Shown piece after piece: positions 9,119-18,063 of a DNA stretch of 64,000 bases; positions within the stretch are counted from its first letter, which is position 1, and each line of letters starts with the position of its first letter. A program made the translations under genes and the position numbers. Origin of the DNA: Candidatus Levybacteria bacterium RIFCSPHIGHO2_01_FULL_36_15b (GTDB lineage Bacteria > Patescibacteriota > Microgenomatia > Levybacterales > UBA12049); contig MFNK01000003.1 in the NCBI GenBank assembly GCA_001782045.1, forward strand, positions 101,905 to 165,904. Reading direction: 5' to 3'. The notes beneath the pieces were generated by a model. The model saw nothing but the letters and a program-made list of their open reading frames with translations. It was not told the DNA's origin and did not search any database.

Positions 9119-9927
9119 AGGGTTTTACTTTAGTTGAGCTTATTATTGTTACTGCAATTTTAGGTATTTTAGCAGGACTTGTTTTATTTACACTTAACCC
9201 ATTTACGCAGCTTGCAAAAGCAAGAGATGCACAAAGGCAGAACGACATAAAGCAGCTTCAGTCTGCTCTTGATACTTACTACAACGATAATAATTACTAT
9301 CCGTCGACTTCAAACCCTTGGTTAACCAGTAACGATTTGGGGCCGCAATATATTAAAAAAATTCCAGTGGACCCTGAAGGAAAGGTATACGTATATCTGG
9401 AAGATCCTTCTAGCCGTCCACAGTGGAATGCATTATTTACAAGACTTAGTGCGCTTCCTGCAACTACCATTTCTTGCCCTCTTGTGCAACTTGAAGCTGA
9501 AGTTGGCGATTGCCTGCCGGAAAACTATGAAAGCGGATACAACTATTGCGTTGTTTCAGGGGATGTAAAATGCAGCGATATTGCCTCGCTTTCTCTCCCT
9601 GATTTAGGAATTCCTACGTCTGCTCCAACACCTCCTGCAGGTGCAACAGATACACCTACATCAGCTCCTACGGCGCCTCCAGGTGCAACAAATACGCCTA
9701 CACCCACCATTACTCCAACTCCTACACCTGCCGGGCCCACGAATAGTCCCACGCCTACTCCAACCCCTGTTATCTGCAGTAATTATTACGCCTATACAAC
9801 GGGTCCAAATTGCAACGATTTAGGTCCAGATCCGGGTAATCAATGCACTATTCACGGAGGGTCATTTATATGCTATAAAAGTAGAACAGGGTCTATTTGC
9901 GATACTCAATTTCCCTGCGCGCAGTAA
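8995..9927 (+). CDS. type IV pilin with Pro/Thr-rich linker and Cys-rich C-terminal domain
   Basis: G-FTLVELII at 9121, ARDAQRQNDIKQLQSAL, PT repeats; start uncertain because it overlaps pilD. Confidence 0.8.
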   Translation: MGKIKAKRFNSIRPIFSIRNFCFSLFRKRNLILNTPLPRPLEGFTLVELIIVTAILGILAGLVLFTLNPFTQLAKARDAQRQNDIKQLQSALDTYYNDNNYYPSTSNPWLTSNDLGPQYIKKIPVDPEGKVYVYLEDPSSRPQWNALFTRLSALPATTISCPLVQLEAEVGDCLPENYESGYNYCVVSGDVKCSDIASLSLPDLGIPTSAPTPPAGATDTPTSAPTAPPGATNTPTPTITPTPTPAGPTNSPTPTPTPVICSNYYAYTTGPNCNDLGPDPGNQCTIHGGSFICYKSRTGSICDTQFPCAQ

Positions 9928-9929
9928 GT

Positions 9930-10439
9930 ATGCTTAAGATAGCAAATATAAAAGGTTTTACATTAATAGAACTACTAATAGTAGTTGGTATTTTAGGTAT
10001 TTTGTCGGCGGCGATTCTTGCTACGCTAGATCCTTTTTCACAATTCCAAAAAGGAAATGATTCAAGAAGAAAGTCCGATTTGTCTCAAATTCAGAAAGCA
10101 ATTGAAACTTACTATCAGGATAAAGGTAGCTATCCTGGCTCTTCAGGCAGCCCGAACTATTGCCTGCGGGAATTCGCTTCTCCTTTTACAACCTATTGCG
10201 GAGACTCAAGCTTTACTCCATATATGAATGTGGTACCAAAAGATTCTAATTCCGCGAATAGATATGTTTATTATGCCTCTTCAGATGGACAGTCTTACTG
10301 GATTTATGCTAGTCTGGATAGAGGAGGCAAAGACCCGCAGGCTTGCAACTTAGGTAATCAGTGTGCGAACGTTCCGAGTGGGGCCTCATGCGGGGGAACT
10401 TGTAATTACGGAGTAGCTAGTACTAATGCGCAACCATGA
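9930..10439 (+). CDS. type IV pilin (GspG-like)
   Basis: KG-FTLIELLIVV, DSRRKSDL; start moved to ATG 9930. Confidence 0.88.
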   Translation: MLKIANIKGFTLIELLIVVGILGILSAAILATLDPFSQFQKGNDSRRKSDLSQIQKAIETYYQDKGSYPGSSGSPNYCLREFASPFTTYCGDSSFTPYMNVVPKDSNSANRYVYYASSDGQSYWIYASLDRGGKDPQACNLGNQCANVPSGASCGGTCNYGVASTNAQP

Positions 10440-10870
10440 ATAAGATTATAAAAAAAGTTAAGGGCTTTACGCTTATAGAGCTTTTAATTGTTATTGCAAT
10501 AATTGGAGTTTTATCTGCACTACTCATGGCAAACTTTATAGGCGTAAGACAGCGAGCAAGAGATTCCCAGAGAAAAGCAGATTTGCGCCAAATACAATCG
10601 GCTTTAGAGCTTTATAGGTCTGATCTTTCAAGTTATCCAACTACGGCAAGCTTTCCTGCTTGTAACTTATCCTTAATATCCGGAGGTACAACTTATATGC
10701 AGAAAGTTCCTTGTGATCCCACTAATACATCTCCTTTTGTGTATAGTTACTCATCGGGAGGTACAACATATACGCTATATGCTTGTCTTGAAAACGGCTC
10801 TGACTCTCAAAAAGACGCTTCCAAGCAATCTTCGTGCACTTTAGCTTCGTTCACAGTGACGAACCCATGA
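10436..10870 (+). CDS. type IV pilin (GspG-like)
   Basis: KG-FTLIELLIVIAIIG, ARDSQRKADL, VPCDP. Confidence 0.9.
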   Translation: MNKIIKKVKGFTLIELLIVIAIIGVLSALLMANFIGVRQRARDSQRKADLRQIQSALELYRSDLSSYPTTASFPACNLSLISGGTTYMQKVPCDPTNTSPFVYSYSSGGTTYTLYACLENGSDSQKDASKQSSCTLASFTVTNP

Positions 10871-11385
10871 AATTAATCAAAAGAAAATCTGCGGGATTTA
10901 CCTTAATCGAGCTAATTGTTGCTTTTACTATTATTTCTATTCTTTCCGTAATTAGCTTTGCTGCTTATGTAAGCTTTAGCAGAAATCAGGCAGTAGGTAA
11001 CGAGGCTAATCAATTAGTATCTGTACTTAATCTAGCAAAATCAAAGGTGCAGTCACAAGTAAAACCATCATCTTGCACAACAAGTCTTGACCCGTTAGTT
11101 AATCGTACTTTAACTGAATATCGTGTTGTAATAGAACAAGCAAATAATCAATATAAATTAGTTGCGGTTTGCGGAGGGTCTCTTATTAATATTCCAATTG
11201 AAGGCAGCTCAAGCATCTATCACAAAATTCCTTCCCCAATTACAGTTGATGCTAATTACACAATAAGTTTTAACGTCTTATCAGGAGTAGTTAGTCCAAC
11301 TCCCACTACCATTACTTTGAATGGTGGATGGGTTCCAAGTATTGTAAAAACAGTAACAATAAATAGCGATGGTACTATTCAATAA
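10867..11385 (+). CDS. minor pilin (FimT/GspH-like)
   Basis: AG-FTLIELIV; ATGA-coupled start at 10867. Confidence 0.82.
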   Translation: MKLIKRKSAGFTLIELIVAFTIISILSVISFAAYVSFSRNQAVGNEANQLVSVLNLAKSKVQSQVKPSSCTTSLDPLVNRTLTEYRVVIEQANNQYKLVAVCGGSLINIPIEGSSSIYHKIPSPITVDANYTISFNVLSGVVSPTPTTITLNGGWVPSIVKTVTINSDGTIQ

Positions 11386-11869
11386 ATTTATAAAAGAAAA
11401 TGGACAAGGATTAATAGAGGCTATGGTTGCATTGGGTGCTGCTGTTATTGTAATTTCAACAATTGCAGTTGCGGTTATCACAGCTGTTAATAATTCGGAC
11501 TTTTCTAAAAATCAAAATACCGCATCTGCCTACGCTCAGCAAGGTCTAGAAATTGTAAGAGATAAGGCAGAAAATAACTGGACAACTTTTTCTACATATA
11601 CAAGTACATATTGTCTTAATAAAGACGTAACGGACCTAGCCACAAGGCCGGATTCACAAGGGAACTGTGCTTTAATAGATAACGTATTTGTAAGAAAAAT
11701 AAATATTAGTCAGAATGATAGTAATTGTACAAACGGAACCGGAAGTAAGGTTAAATCCATGGTTTCTTGGTCTGACGGAAAATGCACGGACACTGTGAAT
11801 AATAAGTACTGTCATACAGTTCAGCTTGAATCATGCATGGCAAACATTAATAGCGTTCCATCATTATGA
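11369..11869 (+). CDS. minor pilin (PilV-like)
   Basis: G-QGLIEAMVA, ASAYAQQGLEIVR. Confidence 0.8.
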   Translation: MVLFNKFIKENGQGLIEAMVALGAAVIVISTIAVAVITAVNNSDFSKNQNTASAYAQQGLEIVRDKAENNWTTFSTYTSTYCLNKDVTDLATRPDSQGNCALIDNVFVRKINISQNDSNCTNGTGSKVKSMVSWSDGKCTDTVNNKYCHTVQLESCMANINSVPSL

Positions 11870-12465
11870 AAAAGTTTTTAAATTCAAAAGGATATACATT
11901 GGTTGAGCTTTTGGCGGTAATTATAATTTTGGTTTCGGTTGGTGGCATAATTATAGCAATAGTAACTACTTCGCTTAGGGGCGGAAACAGGAGTATAAAT
12001 GTAAATGAGGTTAGACAAGAGGGAAATTTTGCTATTACACAAATGTCGCGGATGATAAAATACGCAAAAAGCTTTGATGGGGTAAGCGCGGATGGAAGCG
12101 CAAATTCATACACAACAAGTTGCTTACCAATTACAATTACTCCGACTCCTGCACCTGTTAAGTATAAATATTTAAAAATTACCTCATTTGAAGGTGGTGT
12201 TATTACTTTTTCTTGTAAAGACGGGGCTAGCGATATTACTAACCTTCTTTCTTCAAATAGCGCTAATTTAATAAATACCAGCAAAGTAAGCCTGGTTGAA
12301 GACAGTTGCTACTTTAGTTGCAACCAGGATAATTCAATTCTTTCCCCTATAATTGATATACATTTTGATCTGACTCCCTACACTTCGGTAACTCCAGTTT
12401 TTGTAGAAAATACGCTTACTATCCCCTTTCAAACGTCTGTAGTTTTTAGAAATATTGGTAATTAA
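11866..12465 (+). CDS. minor pilin (PilW-like)
   Basis: KG-YTLVELLAV class III signal. Confidence 0.8.
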   Translation: MKKFLNSKGYTLVELLAVIIILVSVGGIIIAIVTTSLRGGNRSINVNEVRQEGNFAITQMSRMIKYAKSFDGVSADGSANSYTTSCLPITITPTPAPVKYKYLKITSFEGGVITFSCKDGASDITNLLSSNSANLINTSKVSLVEDSCYFSCNQDNSILSPIIDIHFDLTPYTSVTPVFVENTLTIPFQTSVVFRNIGN

Positions 12466-12516
12466 AACGATTGACAAATCTTAAATTTTACTGCTACTCT
12501 ATACTTAGGCAATTTT

Positions 12517-13344
12517 ATGATTAAAACAAAATTAGGAGGCCAGAAAGGCCAAGCTCTTTTAATTGTAATTTTGGTTATGGTAGTAGCCTTAACTATAACC
12601 TTGTCTGTAATTTCGCGTGCCGTTGTTAATCTAAGAACCACTCAGGATCAGGAAAAATCGCAACGTGCCTTAGCTGCTGCAGAAGCAGGCATTGAACAAA
12701 CAATTAAAAACTCGTTTGTTCCAATTGCTCAGGATCAAAATTTAAGCAATAATTCGTCTTTTACAACTTCTGTTACACAACTGGCTGGAAATGCTCCTTT
12801 TTTAGTTGAAGGAGGTAATTTAATTACACAAAATGACGGAGCATATATCTGGTTATCCACATATAACGAAGTTGGTAATTGGACTACCCGGTGGCCTACG
12901 AGCGGCAGCGCAAACCTTGATATTTACTGGGGAGATTCTAGTGGAGATAACAATAATGCAGCCTTGGAAATTGCTGTAATTTCCGGAAGTAGTGTTGCAA
13001 ATGCTGTAATAACAAGATATGTATATGATCCATCTCCAACAAGAAGGTCTTCAAACAATTTTTCTGCTCCCGTTAACTCCCCTATAGCTATTCAGGATAA
13101 AAGTTTTACTTACAGAGCAACAATTTCAATTACAGACGGAATGGTGGTAAGAGTTGTGCCTCTTTATAAATCAGCTTATATCGCAGCAGCTCCCGCTTCG
13201 GGTGCGCCTGCAATTGCTGCTAATCAGGGCCGACTTATTACTGCTGTTGGAAAATCAGACGAAACCGCGCGAAGGGTAACCGTTTTTCAGGGTTATCCCG
13301 AACTTCCTGCCGACTTCTTCCCATACTCGTTACTTGTCCCATAA
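12517..13344 (+). CDS. minor pilin (PilX-like)
   Basis: KG-QALLIVIL lacking Glu5, ALAAAEAGIE. Confidence 0.8.
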   Translation: MIKTKLGGQKGQALLIVILVMVVALTITLSVISRAVVNLRTTQDQEKSQRALAAAEAGIEQTIKNSFVPIAQDQNLSNNSSFTTSVTQLAGNAPFLVEGGNLITQNDGAYIWLSTYNEVGNWTTRWPTSGSANLDIYWGDSSGDNNNAALEIAVISGSSVANAVITRYVYDPSPTRRSSNNFSAPVNSPIAIQDKSFTYRATISITDGMVVRVVPLYKSAYIAAAPASGAPAIAANQGRLITAVGKSDETARRVTVFQGYPELPADFFPYSLLVP

Positions 13345-14379
13345 ATGAATAAAAAAAATTTTGGTTTAGATATAGGAGCTACGTCTTTAAAGCTTGTTTG
13401 GCTTGAGCATGATCCAAGGGGTTTTATTTTAAAAGCAGCATTAATTGCTCCTGTGCCGCCTAAAGGAATGTTATCTGAAGCACCTTTGGATGAGGAAGAA
13501 ATGGCTCAAGCTTTGCGAAAAGCGGTTGAGGCAGCAGGGGTTCCTACAAAAAGAGTTAATATTGCGCTCCCTGAAAATCAGGTGTACACAAAAGTTTTGG
13601 AAATGCCTACCTTATCGGATAAAGAAATAGCAGCAGCCATTTATTGGGAGGCAGAACAATATATTCCCGTTCCACTTTCTAACATAAAATTAGTTTGGGA
13701 CGTCTTAAAAAGACCGGCAACTAATAATCCAACTGATAAAATGCAGGTTTTAATGGTAGGCGCCCCTACTCTTCTTGTAAATAAATACCAAAAAATTCTA
13801 TCTATGGCAGGACTTGAAATAAATGCGATGGAAACAGAAATACTTGCAACAATAAGATCAATAGTGCCTAATGAAAGTTTTCCAACAAGCCTTATTGTAA
13901 ATATAGGCGCAATAAGCACCTCAATTGCGATTGTTAAAAAAGGAATAATAATTTTTACATATTCTATGTCTATAGGAGGAGCAGCAATAAATAGAGCTAT
14001 AGCAACCGATTTTAATCTTACTCCTCAGCAAGCGGAAGAATATAAAAGAGTTTATGGGGTTTCCGGAAAAAGCTTGGGAGGCAAAATTGGAAAATCAACA
14101 GAACCAATACTTAGCACAATATTAACCGAGATTAAAAAGTCAATCGCTTTTTATGAGCAAAAATATAAAGACGGGGATAAAATAAGACAAATTATTCTTT
14201 CAGGGGGAACAGCAAAGCTTCCCGGAATCGAGATCTTTTTTGCTCAAAACGCAGGCATTGAAACCGCAATTGCAAACCCATGGAAATCACTCATTTCCCA
14301 GCAAATTCCTAAAGAAGTCCTTCAAAACGCCTCAGATTATCCTATCGCAGTAGGACTAGCGATGCGAGAGTATGAATAA
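13345..14379 (+). CDS. pilM: type IV pilus assembly protein PilM
   Basis: GLDIGATSLK, EAEQYIP, ILSGGTAKLPG, AVGLAMR actin-like motifs. Confidence 0.92.
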   Translation: MNKKNFGLDIGATSLKLVWLEHDPRGFILKAALIAPVPPKGMLSEAPLDEEEMAQALRKAVEAAGVPTKRVNIALPENQVYTKVLEMPTLSDKEIAAAIYWEAEQYIPVPLSNIKLVWDVLKRPATNNPTDKMQVLMVGAPTLLVNKYQKILSMAGLEINAMETEILATIRSIVPNESFPTSLIVNIGAISTSIAIVKKGIIIFTYSMSIGGAAINRAIATDFNLTPQQAEEYKRVYGVSGKSLGGKIGKSTEPILSTILTEIKKSIAFYEQKYKDGDKIRQIILSGGTAKLPGIEIFFAQNAGIETAIANPWKSLISQQIPKEVLQNASDYPIAVGLAMREYE

Positions 14380-14908
14380 CAGTATAAATTTAGTATCAAG
14401 CCGCAATGACGCAATTGAAAGAGAGCGAAAAGTTTTTCTTTCCCTGCGCATTATTGCAATCGTTTTGCTTTCTACTATTGCTGTTGGGTCTATACTTGCT
14501 TTTATAATAACAACTACAATTCCGCTTTCAAAAATAAAAGATGAACAAACGCAAACTTTAGCAAGCATTTCTACTTCATCCAAAAAACTATCTAGTTATT
14601 ATTTAATAAGAGATAAACTTACAAATATTAATTCTTTAACTACTACAAGAGCAGATTACATAAAACCAATTGAGTTAATTTTTTCAAAATTACCCGAAGG
14701 GGTTAGCATTGATAGTTTGGATATAGAAAGAAACTTAATAGAAATAGAAATTTCAGGCTCTTCCCTTCTTCCCCTAGATGAGGCCATAAAATCGCTAGTT
14801 GCCCTAGGAACGGAAGGAAAAATAATTAAGTCCGTCAAGTTAAAATCTTTAAACTTAAACGCTCAAGCAGCAAGATACTCGGTTACCTTTGCAGCAGAAA
14901 AAATATAA
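14372..14908 (+). CDS. pilN: PilN-like protein
   Basis: N-terminal INL motif plus TM helix, follows pilM. Confidence 0.7.
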   Translation: MNNSINLVSSRNDAIERERKVFLSLRIIAIVLLSTIAVGSILAFIITTTIPLSKIKDEQTQTLASISTSSKKLSSYYLIRDKLTNINSLTTTRADYIKPIELIFSKLPEGVSIDSLDIERNLIEIEISGSSLLPLDEAIKSLVALGTEGKIIKSVKLKSLNLNAQAARYSVTFAAEKI

Positions 14909-15663
14909 TGGATTTTAATAAAGACATAAAAGATGTTAGGTTTAACGTAAATCTTTCTACTGTCTTAATTATTTATCGGCAGTATAAGAATTATTTTTTA
15001 CCTTTTGCAATAATAGTTGCGTCGTTAGTTGTGTTATTTATTATTTTAATTCCACAGGTTCAGGGAGTACTAACTGCAAAAGAAGAGGAAAAGCGGGAGA
15101 CGCAAAAATTGACGGAATTAAAAAATAGTTACAATAATTTATCTGCAATGAATGAAGCGACTCTTGGACAAAATGTAGATTCGCTCGAAAGAGCTCTACC
15201 TAGTACGAAAGATTTTGCGGGGATAATTAATTCAATATCGTCAAATGCCGTAAAAGCGGGTGTATCTGTTGGAAATTTTGAATTTTCTGTAGGCGATTTA
15301 AGTAAATCGCAAGAAGGAGTAGCATTTCCTACAATTGCTATATCATTAAACGTTTCCGGCTCTCCTAAATCGACACTTGAGTTTATAAAAAACCTTTATG
15401 AATCTGTGCCAATTGCCGAAATAACAAGCATGAAGCTATCGGGAGAAAGCACTTCTTTAAAAGTACAGTTTTATTATAAAGCTAATTCTCAGATTAGTCT
15501 AAAAAATAATACAGCAATAACTCAATTTAATAAAAATGAAACAGCGTTAATAGCAAAGATAAATAAATGGGCTGAAAGCGTAATAGCGGGATCACTTCCA
15601 ATTGCAATAGGTTCGGAGGGCGAAGTGGCGACGGAATCATCAAGAGCTAATCCTTTTCAATAA
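14908..15663 (+). CDS. pilO: PilO-like protein
   Basis: TM helix, coiled coil, ALP motif, follows pilN. Confidence 0.65.
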   Translation: MDFNKDIKDVRFNVNLSTVLIIYRQYKNYFLPFAIIVASLVVLFIILIPQVQGVLTAKEEEKRETQKLTELKNSYNNLSAMNEATLGQNVDSLERALPSTKDFAGIINSISSNAVKAGVSVGNFEFSVGDLSKSQEGVAFPTIAISLNVSGSPKSTLEFIKNLYESVPIAEITSMKLSGESTSLKVQFYYKANSQISLKNNTAITQFNKNETALIAKINKWAESVIAGSLPIAIGSEGEVATESSRANPFQ

Positions 15664-16315
15664 GATCAGGTCTTAACTTCTTTGTAATCTTTAAAGACTC
15701 ATTTCTTTTCCATTCCAAAATCTTTTTATGGTCTCCCGACAAAAGCACTTCCGGTACTTTTTGTCCATTATATTCGGGTGGCTTGGTATATTGAGAGTGT
15801 TCCAAATATGGCGAAAAAGACTCAAGCTCTGCAGACTCCTCTTTAATTACCCCTTTAACTAAACGTGCTACGCTATCCACTATTAACATTGCAGGTATTT
15901 CTCCTCCGGTTAAAATAAAATCTCCAACGCTAACCTCTTCGTCGATATATTCTTTAACTCTTTCATCGAACCCTTCGTAATGTCCGCAAATTATAATTAA
16001 ATGATCTAAGTTAGAAAAACTTTTTGCTTTTTTTTGGTTAAATTGCTTACCATGTGCGCTTAGGAGTATTACTTTTTCCTCTTCCCCATTTTTTACAAAT
16101 TGAATAGCTCTGTTTAGCACATCAACTCGGAGTACCATTCCCCTTCCCCCTCCGTAAGGTGTATCGTCCACTAGCTTGTGTTTTCCCAATCCAAATTCTC
16201 TTAGATTAATAAATGAAATCTGCAGTAACTTTTTATCTACGGCTCTTTTTATTATTGACTCGCTAAATACCGAAGAAAACATTTCGGGGAAAAGAGTAAT
16301 TACTGATATTTTCAT
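15647..16315 (-). CDS. trmD: tRNA (guanine37-N1)-methyltransferase
   Basis: ITLFPEMF, VDDTPYGGGRGMV, CGHYEGFDER, GDFILTGGE. Confidence 0.97.
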   Translation of the reverse strand: MKISVITLFPEMFSSVFSESIIKRAVDKKLLQISFINLREFGLGKHKLVDDTPYGGGRGMVLRVDVLNRAIQFVKNGEEEKVILLSAHGKQFNQKKAKSFSNLDHLIIICGHYEGFDERVKEYIDEEVSVGDFILTGGEIPAMLIVDSVARLVKGVIKEESAELESFSPYLEHSQYTKPPEYNGQKVPEVLLSGDHKKILEWKRNESLKITKKLRPDLIEKD

Positions 16316-16319
16316 TAAA

Positions 16320-16556
16320 CTAGACGGACTCTTCTAGATTTACGAAAACTTTTTCGTTTCTTTTCATTGCGATTATTTTCATTACGTTTCTTAGTCCTTT
16401 TATGACTTTTCCGCCTTTTCCAATTATCTTACCCATATCAGCAGGATCAACCTTAATAACTAAATTTACTATTCCATTTTCTGCTGTTTCGCTAATCTCA
16501 ACACTATCTTCCTTTTCAACAATACTTAAAACCAGTTTATGTAACTTATCTTTCAT
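16320..16556 (-). CDS. khpA: KH domain RNA-binding protein
   Basis: DMGKIIGKGGKVIK motif; lies between rpsP and trmD. Confidence 0.85.
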   Translation of the reverse strand: MKDKLHKLVLSIVEKEDSVEISETAENGIVNLVIKVDPADMGKIIGKGGKVIKGLRNVMKIIAMKRNEKVFVNLEESV

Positions 16557-16776
16557 TTATTAATTTTTCTACCGCGCTTGAAGGTTGTGCGCCAACAGAT
16601 AACCAGTATTTATATCTTTCCAGTTTAATTTCTTTTTTTCCATTTTTGCCTTTTTCGTACCATCCTAAAGCCTCTACGGAATCTCCATCGCGTCTTGATC
16701 TTTTTTCTTTGACTACGACACGAAATTTTCTTTCTCCCTTTTTCCCCATTCTTGAACTTCTTATAACAAGTGACAT
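16546..16776 (-). CDS. rpsP: 30S ribosomal protein S16
   Basis: RMGKK..FRVVV..SRRDG..EALGWY, WLSVGAQPS. Confidence 0.95.
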   Translation of the reverse strand: MSLVIRSSRMGKKGERKFRVVVKEKRSRRDGDSVEALGWYEKGKNGKKEIKLERYKYWLSVGAQPSSAVEKLINER

Positions 16777-16803
16777 AAATGTAATTTTACCATTAAAGCG
16801 GGC

Positions 16804-17460
16804 CTATCTCAAGTGGCTTAGCGCTTCTTCTGCTGCTTTTTCTTCTGCTTCCTGTTTGGATTTACCTTCTCCTTTGCCAATAGTTACTCCTTTTACCAAA
16901 ACGACCACTATAAATGTTTTAGAATGCGCAGGACCTATCTCTTTTAAAACTTTATAAATAGGAGAGCCTTTTTTTCTAGACTGAATGTATTCCTGAAGTA
17001 AGCTTTTTGGATCTTTAAACGAATTAGACTTTGCCAAAGCTTCAATTTTTGGTTCAAAAATTTCTACTAGAAATTTTTCTACAACTATTATTCCGCTATC
17101 TATAAATAGTGCTCCAATAAATGCCTCAAAACAATTAGCAAGAAGAGACTGATTTTGCCTACCCTTTGATTCTTCTTCGCCTTTTGATAGTCTTAAGTAT
17201 CTTCCAAACCCTAAATCTCTTGCAACTTCCGCTAAGCTTTTGGTATTAACCAGTAAGGATCTCATATTGGTAAGAATACCCTCATCAAAATCCGGATATT
17301 TTAGATAAAGATTTTGAGATACAACAAAAGACAGGATACTGTCTCCTAAAAACTCAAGCCTTTCGTTTGAAGAAATCTTTTTTTTAGTTTCGTTAAGGAA
17401 GCTTCTGTGTATAAAAGCCTGTTCGAATAATTCTCTATTTTTAAACTGTGGAAGTTGCAT
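16804..17460 (-). CDS. rnc: ribonuclease III
   Basis: NERLEFLGDSIL signature and dsRBD (DPKSLLQE, GKSKQEAE). Confidence 0.97.
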   Translation of the reverse strand: MQLPQFKNRELFEQAFIHRSFLNETKKKISSNERLEFLGDSILSFVVSQNLYLKYPDFDEGILTNMRSLLVNTKSLAEVARDLGFGRYLRLSKGEEESKGRQNQSLLANCFEAFIGALFIDSGIIVVEKFLVEIFEPKIEALAKSNSFKDPKSLLQEYIQSRKKGSPIYKVLKEIGPAHSKTFIVVVLVKGVTIGKGEGKSKQEAEEKAAEEALSHLR

Positions 17461-17806
17461 TGTTTTTTACCAGTTTACCTAAGGCTCCGTTAATAAAGCC
17501 CGGGCTCGTATCGCCTCCATATTCTTTTGCCAGCTCAATTGCTTCATCAACTATTACTTTTGTTGGCTCTTTCTTTTCAAGAACCATTTCGTAAATTGCT
17601 AATCTTAAAATTGCTAAATCAACTTTATTAATCTTATCGGGTGGAAATTGAGGAGCAGCTTTTTTTATATATAAATCAATTTTATCAATGTTTTCCAGTA
17701 CTTTTTTTGCCTTTGGTCCGGTTTCTTGCTCATGAAATTCGGTTTTGAATAAGTCTTCGACCACTCTTTGTCTTTGTATGTGTCTTGGATCAAGGGGATT
17801 TCTCAT
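17441..17806 (-). CDS. nusB: transcription antitermination factor NusB
   Basis: VDLAILRLAIYE, DEAIELAKEYG, FINGAL. Confidence 0.92.
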   Translation of the reverse strand: MRNPLDPRHIQRQRVVEDLFKTEFHEQETGPKAKKVLENIDKIDLYIKKAAPQFPPDKINKVDLAILRLAIYEMVLEKKEPTKVIVDEAIELAKEYGGDTSPGFINGALGKLVKNNATSTV

Positions 17807-18024
17807 TAAGTATTCGCCGTTTCGGCTTCTTTATCTTTTTTCTTTTCTTTCTTTACAATAATCTGCTTTCCCTTATAGTACCCGCAATTTTTACAAACTG
17901 CGTGAGCAAATGAAGGCTCATGACAATTAGGGCAAAATATATAAGAGCTTACTGCAAGTTTAATTGCCGCTCTTCTTTTTCCCTTTCTTTGTCGTGAGTG
18001 TCTTTTCTTTGGTTCTTGTGGCAT
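17806..18024 (-). CDS. rpmF: 50S ribosomal protein L32
   Basis: PKKRHS..RR, CPNC and CKNCGYYKG. Confidence 0.95.
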   Translation of the reverse strand: MPQEPKKRHSRQRKGKRRAAIKLAVSSYIFCPNCHEPSFAHAVCKNCGYYKGKQIIVKKEKKKDKEAETANT

Positions 18025-18063
18025 ATCGGTATTTTACTTGATTCGAGCTTAATTGGCAATAAC

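Noticed and set aside
9613-9768. Pro/Thr repeats as a DGR or VNTR
   Set aside because: Degenerate at DNA level, with no reverse transcriptase or template/variable repeat pair.
15647-15663. Short 3' overlaps of convergent genes (also at 1025, 23779, 48302, 54654, 61642)
   Set aside because: Ordinary feature of compact AT-rich genomes.
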